Assembly (NCBI RefSeq): GCF_052425735.1
Contig: NC_135767.1
Span: forward strand, 10,292,001 to 10,356,000
Direction: 5' to 3'
DNA: 64,000 nucleotides
Source: Oculina patagonica
Lineage: Eukaryota
Shown here piece after piece: positions 35,189 to 48,403 of the stretch. Position 1 is the first letter of the stretch. Every line of letters starts with the position of its first letter. A program made the position numbers and the translations under genes. The notes under the pieces were generated by a model, which saw only the letters and a list, made by a program, of their open reading frames with translations, had not been told where the DNA came from and searched no databases.

Positions 35189-38100
35189 AACAAGAATCGA
35201 TAACACTTGATAAAACTAACCCTCTTAGAATCGTGTCAGAATGTAAGTCAGTTTTTTATTTCCCCTCACACATCAAATATTGGCCCACTCACACATTATC
35301 ATAGACTATATTTGCTTTCAAATCGGTTAACTTTAATTCGTGACCGACACATTATGCAAAAGCACCCGAAATGGAAATTTAACGTGACGTTTGATATACG
35401 TCATAGAAAAAACACAACTAAACAATGCTAAATATAAGTTTTGCGGAACTCTTGTTAATGTTGTTTTGAAGCGATTTTGAAAAAGATGCTTTGTTTTGCT
35501 CGTAAAGTAGTAATAACTGAATTATTTATTACAATAACAGGAAGTAAGTCAAAAATAGCCACGCCATTTTAGCGCGTTCTCTTTATCCCCTGTACGTTGG
35601 TTCCTGCTAAATTTATTTGTAAAGCGCATTCTCAAGGTCGGTTTCCTTTTTTTCAAGGATTCTTAAATGTACCATCGTACAAATGATCCCTACCTAGGCA
35701 ATCGAACGTTCGGTAATCGAGCTCAATCGAGCTGATCCATGGAATGTCTTCAAATGAGTATGGTAATCGGACGCAATCGAACAACGATCTATTTTTAGGT
35801 TCGTATGCCGAACCATTCGAACATGATCGAACTAATCAAACATAGTCGAGCTTGCTCCAGTGGATTGAGATCAACTGAGTTCAGTTAACAAACGCAGAGA
35901 ACTTCTGTTTCTCTGCAGTCTGGTACGAGGGGTGAGAGAAGATTGGACACAAGACGTTCACCATTTTTCCTGTTTTCCCTTGGAGGGTCACATATCTTCT
36001 GTTCCATAAAGGTTTCTGTAATTCTTAAGCTGCTAGCAATCAAGTGTTTGGTTTTGCAGCTCTTTAGATTTTCATCGAATGATTTAATTTTTTTTTCTTC
36101 GGAACCAGCCAATGAGATTCTTTTCCTTGGGCAACCAATAGCACCTTTGTTTACTTTGCACGTATTGTTAGTTAAAATAATAATTTGAAGGGTTTTCTGA
36201 AACAGTTCAATCTTACTGTTAGTACTTTTTCTTAGTTCAAACACGCACGCGCGCGACGTTTGACTGCTTTGTGGCACGCAGGCTATTGTGCAGACTCATA
36301 TTGGGAATGGGAATACACGCGCGGGTGGAAGCCCCAAAAATAGTCGGCGAGCGAATGTAGGGTACCTTTTTTCCAATGATTTTTTTTTCCAATGATGGAG
36401 GAGGAGAAAGGGAGGGGTACGATTAGAGCAAAATGTATTTGCGTGAGTAGAGTGACAATCGAGCACTGCCTCTCTTCCCTTGTAAATTGATGGGTGGTGA
36501 CGCACGGGGAGTGTCTTCCCATAACGCCAGCGGGCACCGCTCTGAGTGGCAACCAATCTGCGTAGCAGGCTTAAAAAGGAGGAGGGGAGAGGGGAAGGGG
36601 AAAAGGAATTCACTCAATCTTCCTACTTCCCCCTTCCCCTTTTTACGCCTGCTACGCAAGGCTATTCGAAAAGCAAATAAATAAAGACTGTGTTTAACAA
36701 TAAAAATCGAAATTTTAAGAAAAAAAAACTCCCGTGAAAATATAAAAAGAAAACGCGCAAAATTAAAGACTTATTGAAGGATATAATTTGACTTACAAGC
36801 TAGGTGACAACGGGGTAAAATTCGTATGAGGTTGTAGATTTCAATATTGACAATAATATCCGTGCGATGTGTGAAACGCTTAGCGTGCCGTGCCATTACA
36901 CGCGTGCCCTTACGACTGGCATTGTGTAATGGGATGAGACCGCACAGAAAAAAAGATGGACCGCTTTTTTGCTTGCAGCTTGGGAAGGTTTGAGGGATCC
37001 ATATTGAAGGCCGAGGGTACCATGTCAAGGATAAAAAGGTAAATTTAATCATAAAGTAAAAATAATTAAAAATTAAGAAAAAATAATTTCCAAACGAGCA
37101 GCCCATCCGGGCAAGCGGTTTTTCCCTTTTTTCTCCCTAGAACCCTCGCGGTTTCACCGCTTTTTCGCGCGCGCGTAAACAAAGGTAAACCCAACAACCT
37201 AACCGCCAGCTACACAGGCTATTCGTAGTATCGTAGTAGTCTAGAATGATAAACAATAAATATTGTCTGAGATTGGCACCCTGCGAGCACAGAGCAGTTG
37301 GTTTCTCCTACCGCCAAACCAAACTAACTTACTCCTCGCATGGTAGAGATTGGTGTTTAAATAAAATTAATTTCTGGATTCTTTAAACAATTGTAAAAGT
37401 TTATATCTCTCAGTTCGTCGACGTTCGCTCGCAGATTCAGCGACCACAGTGCTGTCCCGGTGGGGGGGGGGGGCCCTCCTTATTTTGGGGGGGGGGGCCG
37501 GGAGGGTTTTTTTCCGTTTTTTTTTTTGGGCCGGGGGGGAATTTTTTTTTTTTATTTTTAGTGCTGTACGTGTTCGTAGCTCGTCGTTGACCTTGGCTCC
37601 CGCGTCACTCAAATTGAAAATCGTGCCTGATCAGAGTTGCCCTTTGGACGTAAACACGTGAGCGTGTTCAGCAGGCAAACTGATTTACCAGGTAAATTCA
37701 ATCAAACCCAGGCTGAGCGAAAACTGTCTTCGTGGCTGTCTTCCTGCATACAAAATGGTATAAGGATGGGAAATCATTTTTACGGCAGATCCACTGTCAA
37801 GATGATGGTAAATGACTCCCGCTGAGAAGAAAGTAGGGGGAGGGGGGGGGGAACACGCTGTGGCCCTGGATGGGTGGTGGCCATGAAATGGGAGTTTACC
37901 GGGGGTGGGGGTGGGGTAGGTGGAAGTGGTTTCGATTTTAGATGGTCGGATTGCTCTATTTTGGCTGAGCAAAAACTGTTGTTAATTTCAACAGAGTGGT
38001 TTCAAAAAGCTGTGTACGGATAAAGTCAAAAATAAAACGCATAATCAACAAGACTCAAGATTATTTCCCTCTAACGGTCGACGCCGGAAGAAGCATCCCT

Positions 38101-41100
38101 CCTGAGAAAACATCCGTGGTCTGCGGTCTGGACATTGTTTATTCAGTGTTCTGGTTCAATTGGGAGTGTTTTAATTTGATTTCCAAGAGACCGTGTTGTC
38201 TAGCCTGGTATGGTCTGCGCGCGAGCAGACGCCAGTTATCTTGCTGTAGGGAGCCTAGAGTGTACAATAAGTCATTGTGCTTTTGTATTTGAATTGTTGG
38301 GAATCATTAACTGATTGGTCAATTAAAAACATTAAAAACGTGACCGCGGTCGTGTGACGCTAAGATTTCTCACATATGTATGATAAGCATTTACGATATT
38401 TTGTTTTAAAACCTGTGTTGTCCAGAAGTTCAAAGTGAAGTCCAACTTCGCCGTTTTAATCAGCCATCAAAGCTCTTTATTAAAATACACATCAATTGAA
38501 ATCGAAGCAGCCCTAAGAAATAGATCTGACACTTCTAAATACCTGTCATTTACATGATCTTACATCAATTTTTCAGTAACATTAACCGTGAATTTTTTTT
38601 AAACCTCTATAGACGCATTTGGATCTTGGCCTGAAAATTAATACGAATATTCGCTGACAATCTCTTGAATTAAGCTTTAGTGATAGACAAACTGTTATAT
38701 AACCGTGTTTAGTGAGTGAAGGAAATTGCGAAGTTAATAATCCATTGACAAAGTATCTTAATGGCATTGTCGGCTTCTTTCATTCACTTGAACCATGCAG
38801 AGCTATTAAGCTCAGTGGGAAAACGGATTTCCGTTCATTGTTTAATGTTCTTCCCAAAAGAACATACCAAAACATGTTAATTGCCCCTTGCGAAATGCAT
38901 CACGTTTATTACGATAGAAAGATCAATTTGTTATCACTAGGCTTAGCAGGATGGTCACTGGCGCTGGGCAAAATCCGGGCAAAATACTGTCCATGATAAT
39001 CACAAATCAACGAAATAATTACATTGGCTGGTGGGGCGTTATCCGGGGGCGTTATTTAGACATGTTCAGCGGTGGGATCCCGGGGGTGGGATACTGTATC
39101 TTCATAATCGCTTATTGGGCAGAAATCAGTCAGAGGCATTCTGATTGTTAACGTTGTTGTTGTGATTGCTGCAGTAGCAGCACAGAGCACGCTTTTCCTC
39201 CCCGCACTACCACCAACACCATCCCCTCCCAGCACCACCAACACCACTCCCCCCTTACCCCGGAAGGAAGCAATCTAACACCTTTACAACAACACGCACG
39301 TGCCCACAACGTTGAAATCAAAACATTTTTTGTGGAACTCTTAGCCAAGTTGCTGTCATATTACAGTTTTTTTTGCTAACCGCTAAGTGTCGACGGTATT
39401 AGGTATAGTTAGTTAATGGGAGGTCCACTATACGGAGAAATAGTAATCAATTACGGTATTTCCTGCAAGTTACCCGAAGTTACAAGTAGCAATTAATGTC
39501 TTACCTTTCATAGAAGGTTTTGTAACATTAACTTCATTTTCTTTCCCAAAAGAAAATCAATCAAATCTTTGATTTTAAAATCACTGATCTCGTGTAAGCA
39601 CGAGGGTCAGCGTTTAAACGCAACCGTTCAAGGTCGTTCGAGCTATTCATTACTTAACAACAGGATCCCATCACGGAATAAACGCTTGGGTAACGTAACA
39701 TTGCATGGTGTGAAATGACACCGTCAAGTTATCGAGATACGGTTTTTGTTTTAAAGAAAAATACAAAACAAGCGTTTGAAAGGACTGAAGGAGAGTTGGT
39801 CGCTTCTAAATTTTTGATTTTATAGCTTGAAATGAGTACGTGTCTGTATGACTTTTTTAGCTAACACGAAAAGGAAGTACGAAGGCTCCCACCTTGACAT
39901 GAAGAAAAGCAGAATCAATGAAACACGCCAGGGGAACGGAACGTGAGAGTTAAAGTACAAATCCTTCAGTGACTTAGCTTGTAAAAAAAAAGGTAAGCGT
40001 ATGCTACTAATTTTAACTAAGCGGAAATCCTTCGCATAAAATGTCCTATAACGAAAGACCTAACGCTGTGCTTCCGAAGTTCTAGAAGTTTTATAAAGTA
40101 GTGCTTGATCGCTAATCTATTCCGCTAATTACGCTGCGTCAATGCAATGCCGCAGCTCTACATGGGGTAAACTCTACAGTCAGCGGTTGTCACAATGAGT
40201 TTGAAAGATACATTAACCGGTTCATTATACGACACTTCAGTTTGAACATTGCCCTCTGTGCAAAGTGAACAAGCAACACATTGGAAAGCTCGCATCATAC
40301 TCTAAAGGTAAAGTGTGTTTTTTTATATCTTAGTGACTTGGTAATTAAAACTTTGAGGAGGGTTATAAATTCATTCCCTTTTTAAATCTTTATAGGTTTG
40401 TTGTTAAATGTTAAACAGAGTTTGTCCGTGCCAAATGAAATCAACTAGTTCCGGACTTGTTTCAGCCACTCTACGACAAGTTTAAATTGCGCCAAGCCAT
40501 GAAAAACTTTACTCGAACTTATTTAATCGCCAAAATGTGCAGCACAAAAATGGCTTCCACGCTTGAAACAATTGCGAAAGCCGTTTACTATGTCTTTCTT
40601 CTTTCGCAGAGGGCGGTATATTTTTTTCTTTGGTCAAGGCACGCACTTTCCCCTTTGTTTACTCTAAAAGCAAAGTGTTGCCCGCCTGTGTGGCTAAACA
40701 GCTGCTTCAGCTTAGGTTGTGGAAACAAACTCAATGTCAGACGATAAGCACCGGTTATTGACTTTCAAAATATCTGGGACCTAGGGCCAGCCTATGATCC
40801 AAATCACGTGTACGCTTGCAAATGCTGCTCATCGGCGGCATGCTAAAGTTCTCTGTCGCCGTGCAGCGACAGTGTGTTATGTCCACAGAATTGCAAAATT
40901 TGGGACATTGTGGTATTGCGTACTGATTCTGTGCAAATGTTCACGAATTAGAAAAAATATTACAAACACGATAATTTGTATTTCAAAGAAATCTGGATTA
41001 TGTCAAGAATTGCTATTCTCACAATAATCATTATCAGCAAGAAATTGGAGATAATCACACAACCTTTTTGTTCGATCTACAAATTGTCCTGAAATGTAGT

Positions 41101-43223
41101 AATTTTCACGTTTTTGACAAAATCTGAAGTTACTCACCTTTCTCAAGCCGACACTCGTGTCGAAAGAAATGTATGAGGGACCCTACAGCAGATTACATCA
41201 GAGAGATCGAAGGAGAATAAATTTGAAAACGTCTGGTACATATCTCTCATTAATTTTCTTCGGTTTATAAAGAACGTTTTAAAAGGCCAAAGGCGCTTTC
41301 CTCACGTTTTTTTTTTGTGTCTCTCTCAGATATGGGAGGTGGGAGTCATGCAAGGAATTTTAAAATTAGCATCACGAATTTCTTATTTCGTTTCGTTTTC
41401 TAGGAGTTGAGTAGGGAGAACACACAAACGGAAACTTTGGGTTCGTAGATTTAGTGAATATTGGTTTAAAGATTGACTTAAACATCCCTATAAACTTATC
41501 TTGATCGCCGACAGAAGATTGGATTATACAGCTATCATCTAAGATCTTTTGCACTGATAAATTATCCATGATGACCGGACGTGTTCGTAACGGTATATAA
41601 TTGCCATATTTCATGCAGTCAGTATTTTGCAGTTAATATAAATCCAGTGTTCTCCCAAACTCGAATTTAAACAGCCTTAAATGTACATCGGTCTTCATTA
41701 AGTATTTACTATATTAGAAAAGAGAAAAGTTTGGAAGTTTGGTTGAAATCAACCATTAAACGTCGATCAACAGTAGGTGAATCTTTTACCGAGGTCCAGG
41801 TCAATTTCTGTGTTGACTTGATGGAAAATAAGACGTGCCCAGTAAAAACCATTGTTATTTCGTAACTTGAAGATCTGGATAAGAGAATTTGAGGCTGGAC
41901 CCCTGGAATAATGGACCTCTGGACTATTGGACAATATTTCAGCGTAATTCTAGAACATTCATATTTGCTCCAGTTATATTGAATCATATTCCTCATGATT
42001 TACGAGGTTGTCCTGTTAATAGAGCGATTCTTGTTTAAACTTGATAATGTATAGACTGTTGTAGTGTTGAGCAGAAAAGTTTCTTTCTTTGTTCAAGTTT
42101 TTTGTACCGTTCGACGGTCCAATCAAACCCGTTGAAATCTCCACGACGCTAAGAAAACATTTGTGTCTTGCGTTTTCGCTCTATTGGCCAGGGTAGTTCG
42201 GGTTTGAGCAAAGAACTGTAGCAACATCAAATTTATTACAAACAACAACAGAATCTGCGGTGCCTCTGTTCTAATAAGTCACCAGGACTGTTGTCAGGCT
42301 TTTGTCTCTTTTTGCAGGCTAATTGCCTTTCGACGAAATGGAAACAACTTATCTGTCAAGTTATTATCCGACTTAAAAAAGCAAACGGTCAAAGAAGAAA
42401 GTTGAATTGTGAGAAACGCAAGAAAGAGGTTTCGAGTGCCCCTGTTGAGAGGGATCTATAAGAATTGAAACCAAAACAATATCCTCGAGCTTTTTCAGTC
42501 TCGCATTGAGTAATAGCTCCAATTTAACAAAGTCATTCCATCTTTGATTTAAATTAAATTGATTTGATCTTTACTAGATATACATGCTATCGCTATATTC
42601 AGGGCTTTATGACCACTTAAACAGTAAAAATAAAATCTATGTCACAAAGATGTATGTCATTTTTTTTTTCTTAAAACAACAGTTAAAGAACTTAATCTTA
42701 AATCAGTCAAGTACAGCAACTAAAGTGCACGTTTGAATTGGAAGTTTCAGCATGTTTCAGATAAAGTCGCCATAAGGAGCTAAGTCATGGATGCTTAACG
42801 TTTGTGCTCCCGCTTAATTTTGAAGGTACTTGTTTAAATGTTACAAACATTGCTCAATATATAAGCTTAACAGTGTAAATTACTATTATTATAATTTTTT
42901 TATTTTTGGTGCCCTTTGGAAGCCCTAATCAATAGCATATTCGTGGAACCTTTGTCGCGTGACGAGCTGGACTTTGTAACTCTAATAATTCTAACAACTC
43001 TAGCCTGTTCAAGGCGTTCGGTTGTTTGGGAAGCCTTTCCCAGGCCCCTTCTCGTTCCTAAAGCTATAAAAATAATGACTTTAGCGAGAAATTGGTTGCT
43101 TTTATTTTCGAAAGAACTTGAAAAGCATCGTTTATTTAATTTTGCTGTTAGTTGTTCGACACTTTATCCCAAACGAAAGGTCTCCTAACAAACGAGAATT
43201 GCGAAAGCGGGCCTTCTCTTAAT

Positions 43224-43727
43224 TCTTACAGAGCGTTTACAAATTTTGACAAGCGGTTGCGGTCGTTGAACTTCCGAAGCGCCGCGAATGGAATCATTAC
43301 GAGTCACAGTGACTCGACGAAGTGCGAATTCACTGCAGCAAGCGGAGAGAAGTTCGAGTTGCACGCTCGCACGAGAAAGCCAAAGAAAGAAGAAGAGACG
43401 CCCACTCCGGTATCGACCGCGCTCCACCCGACGCAGTTCTCCGCGAGCACATTCTCCCGCAACCCGATTGGGAGCACCCGCAGCAACAACGAACACAGCA
43501 GTGCACGGTGCAGCAAACCACACGACTGATCCAGTGAGACGCAGCACACGTCCGCCGAAGACAAAAGCTGCAGCATCCCCCCACACGCACGCCCCACAGA
43601 AGACGAAGACGACCCGAAGAACGCGCCGCGCCGGACCGAAGCGCAGACACACAACCGAAGCGCAGCGAACCGGAAGCAACGAACTCGCAAACCGCTTGTC
43701 AAAAGTTTTGTGAAACGCTCTGTAAAG
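43224..43727. mobile_element. CpG-rich non-autonomous DNA transposon / fold-back element
   Basis: About 55-bp imperfect inverted repeats: CTTACAGAGCGTTTACAAATTTTGACAAGCGGTTGCG...CTTCCG versus CGGAAG...CGCAAACCGCTTGTCAAAAGTTTTGTGAAACGCTCTGTAAAG. Confidence 0.65.
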
Positions 43728-45141
43728 CGGCTTATTTCAAAGAGGTTTCTTTGGTTTGTTTTGTTCTTTTAAGGCAAGGAGCCCTAAAGCGTGATCACCT
43801 TTTTTTCAAATTTTGGGCTCCTTGCTGTAAAAAGCACCGTGCTTCTTTCCGCTCTGCCCAGTTCATTTTGTTGGGGGTATGGGGGAGGGGTGTGGTGGGG
43901 CTGATGAGGATTACCAAATATGATGGACCAAGCTTTTAAATTTTTCCATATAAGGGGAGTACTAACAGCTGTCACTGACGAATCCGGAGGAAAAGTTTGT
44001 CCAACAGGCATTACTTTACTTTATACCCACCTTATCAGCTTAAGACGTTTGATAAGCTTAAGTGTTAACGATATGTTAATGGAAGGTAGGCGATTTATAT
44101 CTTAATTCTTTAATTACCTTAATGTCGCACTGAATCAGTCTCAGCGCTATTTTTAGAACACAAAGCTCTTAGTATCGACTGGATGTTGTTCTGGAATAGT
44201 CTGTCTCATACATCTGATTACTTTTTTTTCGATATAGGCCGACAGTAAACATGTACAGACTTGTAAAATTGAAAGGCACCTGCCTGGGAGGAACATTTAC
44301 TTGGCAATCAAACAGCTTAGTAGTTTTAAATTAGGATTCACATTCAAGTGTCGGTGACAAAATGAATCAGTGGCCTATATAGTTTCTTACATCCATGGGA
44401 AGACTACGCATTCAAATTTCGGTCTTATAAACTTTCTTTCAACGAAGTAAAGAGAATGCATTTAAATTTCGGCGACAAAATTAAATGGATCAAATGACTT
44501 AATGTAACTTTCTTACATCAGTGTCAAGAGAATACATTTCAATTTCAGTGACAAATTTAATGAATCAAATCACTTATAAAAATTTCAAACTTAGCTTCCT
44601 TTTCGTCTTTTTTGTTTGTTTTTAAGGACAGTTGTTGAGGGGCCTGAAGGGGTAAAACGGAAACTGAGATTTGGGCAAATTTTTACTGGGAAAAAAGGAT
44701 TTGGGTCACTGGGACTGGGAATGACAAACAAAAATTGGGACTGGGACTGGGATTTGGGTAAAATTTGGTCAAACAATAGGCTGGGAAATGGGATTTAGGA
44801 CCCTCTTTGAGGACCCTCTTTGAGGACCCTCTTTCAGGACCCTCTTTAACTGAGGTTAACTTTCCTTGTTTCTGTTTACTTGTTACTGTTTGTACGTATA
44901 AATGAGAGTTTCGCCAAAGAAAAAATGCACGAGCTGCCTTTATTTTTGCAAATTGGAAATATTGGACGAACATGTGAGTCAATTTAATTTACTTTTTTTT
45001 TGGAATATACGGCGTGGCGATATTCCATTTTTTCCATTAAAAAAACGCCCCTCCCTACTCCTCTTCTTTATTTAATACCTCTGTCACTGGAACTTCATCA
45101 GAAGTCGTTATAATTTACATGTTACACTTTTTTATATTCTG

Positions 45142-45292
45142 GAGGGCGTGGCCGAGCGGTTGAGCGTTGGACTTGCTGCGGAGTTCCCGGGTTCAGTCCC
45201 GCCCTACCCGCTAGCTGATTTGTTCTTGGTAGTCCCGTTGATTCTCGACGCGCTTGTTGCAGCTGTTTGCCTCCGGCCATCTGGATTCTTCG
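45142..45292 (+). mobile_element. Degenerate tRNA-derived SINE
   Basis: A-box-like TGGCCGAGCGG and B-box-like GGTTCAGTCCC in a tRNA-like head, followed by a non-tRNA body. Confidence 0.6.
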
Positions 45293-45361
45293 TTGTTTTT
45301 TTTTGATTTTTTGTTTCTTTCTTTGCTCGGCCCCACTGCTTGTGCTTTACTGCGGGGTTGG

Positions 45362-45365
<4 letters not shown>

Positions 45366-45434
<69 letters not shown>
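45366..45434 (+). repeat. (TAT)n microsatellite
   Basis: About 23 perfect trinucleotide units. Confidence 0.98.
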
Positions 45435-45435
<1 letters not shown>

Positions 45436-48403
45436 TAAGAACTTATTAATAAGAACGTTGAGGCTTAACATTCTAAGAATGTACCAAGGCTTAAATCTGG
45501 GTAAGAACGGGATCTGTTGGTACCTATTCGTTGTGAATGACAAATTTATGCACTAAATGAATTTAAAATTCAAATCCAACCTGGAACCAAAATTGTTGTC
45601 ACTCATCAATGACTGACGTGAAAATTTCAGGCTCAAAACTTCGCAAGATTAAGATCGTTTATCCTCGGCCGAAATGTAGACGTTCTTATAGAAAAGAGTT
45701 TACATTATGTTCGTTACGTGAACAGGCTGTATATTTTTAGTAACAATAAGCGCATTTTATTGAGCTTCGTAGCATCAAGTTTAGTGAGGTAGACCAGAAC
45801 CCAGCGCCCTGAGGCGGGAAGGGCTAAAAAGGCTTTTTGAGAGGAACTTACGACAGCTCAACTCATAGATATAGATAGGACCGCGTGGCACCCGTGTATA
45901 TAGGATATTATATATATTTTTATATGTGTTGGAGTGCGGTAGTAGGCAATACTGCCGATAAACCAAATCCCATAGAATAAACCCCTTAAAAAAGCTCAAA
46001 TCATAGGACAACTCGAGACCAAATAGAGCAAGAGATGATTGTTGTGTTGACTCCCAATTAACCTGGACTGAGAATTCATTAAGACAAGGCATATGTGCAT
46101 GAGTCTTCCAGTTGGCTTGGCAACTAATAAGATTATGATGGTTTGCTTCTTATAAAGGCCCTTCGTGTCCGGTACCACCCGAATGGTATTCATCTTATTA
46201 AAGGCATTGCGGAGGCCGAGATCCGTTCAATTTTTAGCCGGTTGAGAATCTTTTTAATTTACTTTCGGTGGCACTGGCGTCATCAAGCAGCAAAAGACTG
46301 AACAAACAAATGCAGAAATCCTCGTGTCTTCACAAACTTGTTACTATCTAAAGCTTTTGTACATACTGCTAGCTGGTTATTTCGTTTGGTTTCTGCTTGC
46401 CGCTATGGGTTCGCGTGACCAGGTAGCTGTCTATTTAGACATCGGCTCCCTTTGAAGTTGCCGCTACATAAGCGCACGCGGAGATGATATGTATAAGCGT
46501 TTAGGAAGATGATATTTGAACTGCCTTTGTTCACCTTGTCTTTCACTGAAAAATATGTCCTGGTTACTTTCTGACTGTGTTACTTTCTGATGGTGGCTTC
46601 TGACTGCAGAAACAGATCAATTGAACAAAGGAGAATAGTGGCTGCCTGGACTTTTAAGCAATAGCTCTCGAAAAGCTGACCCTTGAAGAACAATTTGTAT
46701 CTGTTTTGCTTATCGCATGCTTTAAGTTAAAATATGTATTTAATGACCCCAATTACCTAATGACTGTGCTAGAATTTGTTGCCTTGCTAAATATTGATGT
46801 TTGCTTAGTATTTTAATAAATCTTGGGGAATTTCCATGTTCAGCTTATTGTTCCAATAGAATTCAATCAATTTCCGGTGTCATCAAGAGACACCGACAAA
46901 AAAAAAACGTAATACTTTGTCAGTATAAGTTTTCAACATATCTAAGGTCAACTCGTGATTAAGTACACTGTGCAGATAAAACGTGCGACAGAAGATTTTA
47001 ATGTGACTTTCCTTTCGTAACCAGTACACACGATACATGGGTGTATGCCTTCTTCTCTTCAAAACTGTAAATTATCTCATAGGAAGTGCAAATTAGCAAA
47101 TTAATGCTGGCGGATAAACTCCTCACACATATCGCGCCGGCACGGATTACGTTGGATTATGTCTTATAACGTTATCTTGTTATGTTAACAAGCACATCAC
47201 TTGCGGTTTAGTTTACACCAAATGCTTGTTAATGTATTGATTGTAAAACAGTATTGTGTCGCTGAATCCGTCCAAATACGGTTTGGCAAGCTTTTCTTTT
47301 CTTGTACGTGCTAAATATATGGATAGCGTTCACAATACCGCTTCATGCCATAATAGGTAGACAAGAACAATTGTCCATTACAGGCAAATTTATATATTCG
47401 GTGGAACTGAACGTTTATGAACAATATTTAGATATGGAAGTGTGTAAGAATCTAGTTAAGGGAATAAAAAGAAATTTGTCATGTTAATTCTTTTCCGAAA
47501 ACGAACAACTGCGAGGTATATGAAGTTTTGACCTGGCTAAGAAAAGACTTTTTCTCAAGGAGATGAAACATAAGAGTAATGGTCAGAAAACGTTTTTGTT
47601 TATGTAAAAACAATGAGACCTGGCGGAGTCTCCCTCAGAGTGTAAAGTGCTCCCTTAGAACTCAATATGCCGAAAGAACGACACCTTTCAAGTTGCATTT
47701 CCGGAGTCTTAAGTTACAGTAAGTTTGAAATGAGTGAATAGTAAGGGGTTAGTTGGATAGATGTTGAACAATTGACACCCCACAGATACTCTTTGAAGAA
47801 AGTGCCTATTTAAACTTGAACGACTGCCTTGCTGTCATCAGACGCATTTTCTTATAGCTGGCGGTTTGACAGTTAACTTCGTGCATTGGGAAATATTTGC
47901 CTGACAAAGTTCTGCTGACAACTGCTAGAAAAAGATTTCACTGTGCGACAGAGATTGAGGTAACCAAAATGTTAAAGCATTTAGCAGGTGTTGTATTCAA
48001 ACTTACACAACATGTTGCAGCAAACTTATCGTGCCTAATGGCATAGCGTCTACCACTGGATCAAACTTCCGATTTTAACTAAACTCGTTCGTCGCTGAAT
48101 TGGTTTAAAGTTGAATTTGATGGCGCGTGTTAGTCCTAACGTGTTTCGTAATGTACTTATATTTGAAAGGGCTTTAATACGACAGGCTTTAAAAGCAATG
48201 ATACCCTAATCAAATGCTCTAACCCGTGTGTTTGTAACCAAAAGGCCGAATCGTTGTCGATTACGTTTGAGGCTCTCCTTTTTTCAGGACCTTAGGACTT
48301 CAACCCCTTTTGCTGCTTGGCGCTTCCATGTTACCCCTCATACCGTCCACATCCCCATTATTTAGTTTTTATAATCTATTTGTTCTTTTCATTACAGGTA
48401 AAC

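Noticed and set aside
37455-37560. Alternating G/T/C homopolymer stretch and its ORFs
   Set aside because: Looks like low-quality base calls; no coherent coding signal.
41372-41996. Two adjacent minus-strand ORFs (95 and 80 aa)
   Set aside because: No recognisable domain and no consistent splice structure.
43152-43713. Six overlapping ORFs in both directions
   Set aside because: Explained by the GC-rich interior of an inverted-repeat element; no protein motif.
46262-46330. Signal-peptide-like stretch on the minus strand (DFCICLFSLLLLDDASA)
   Set aside because: In-frame stop just upstream, no ATG, and no CRPG motif.
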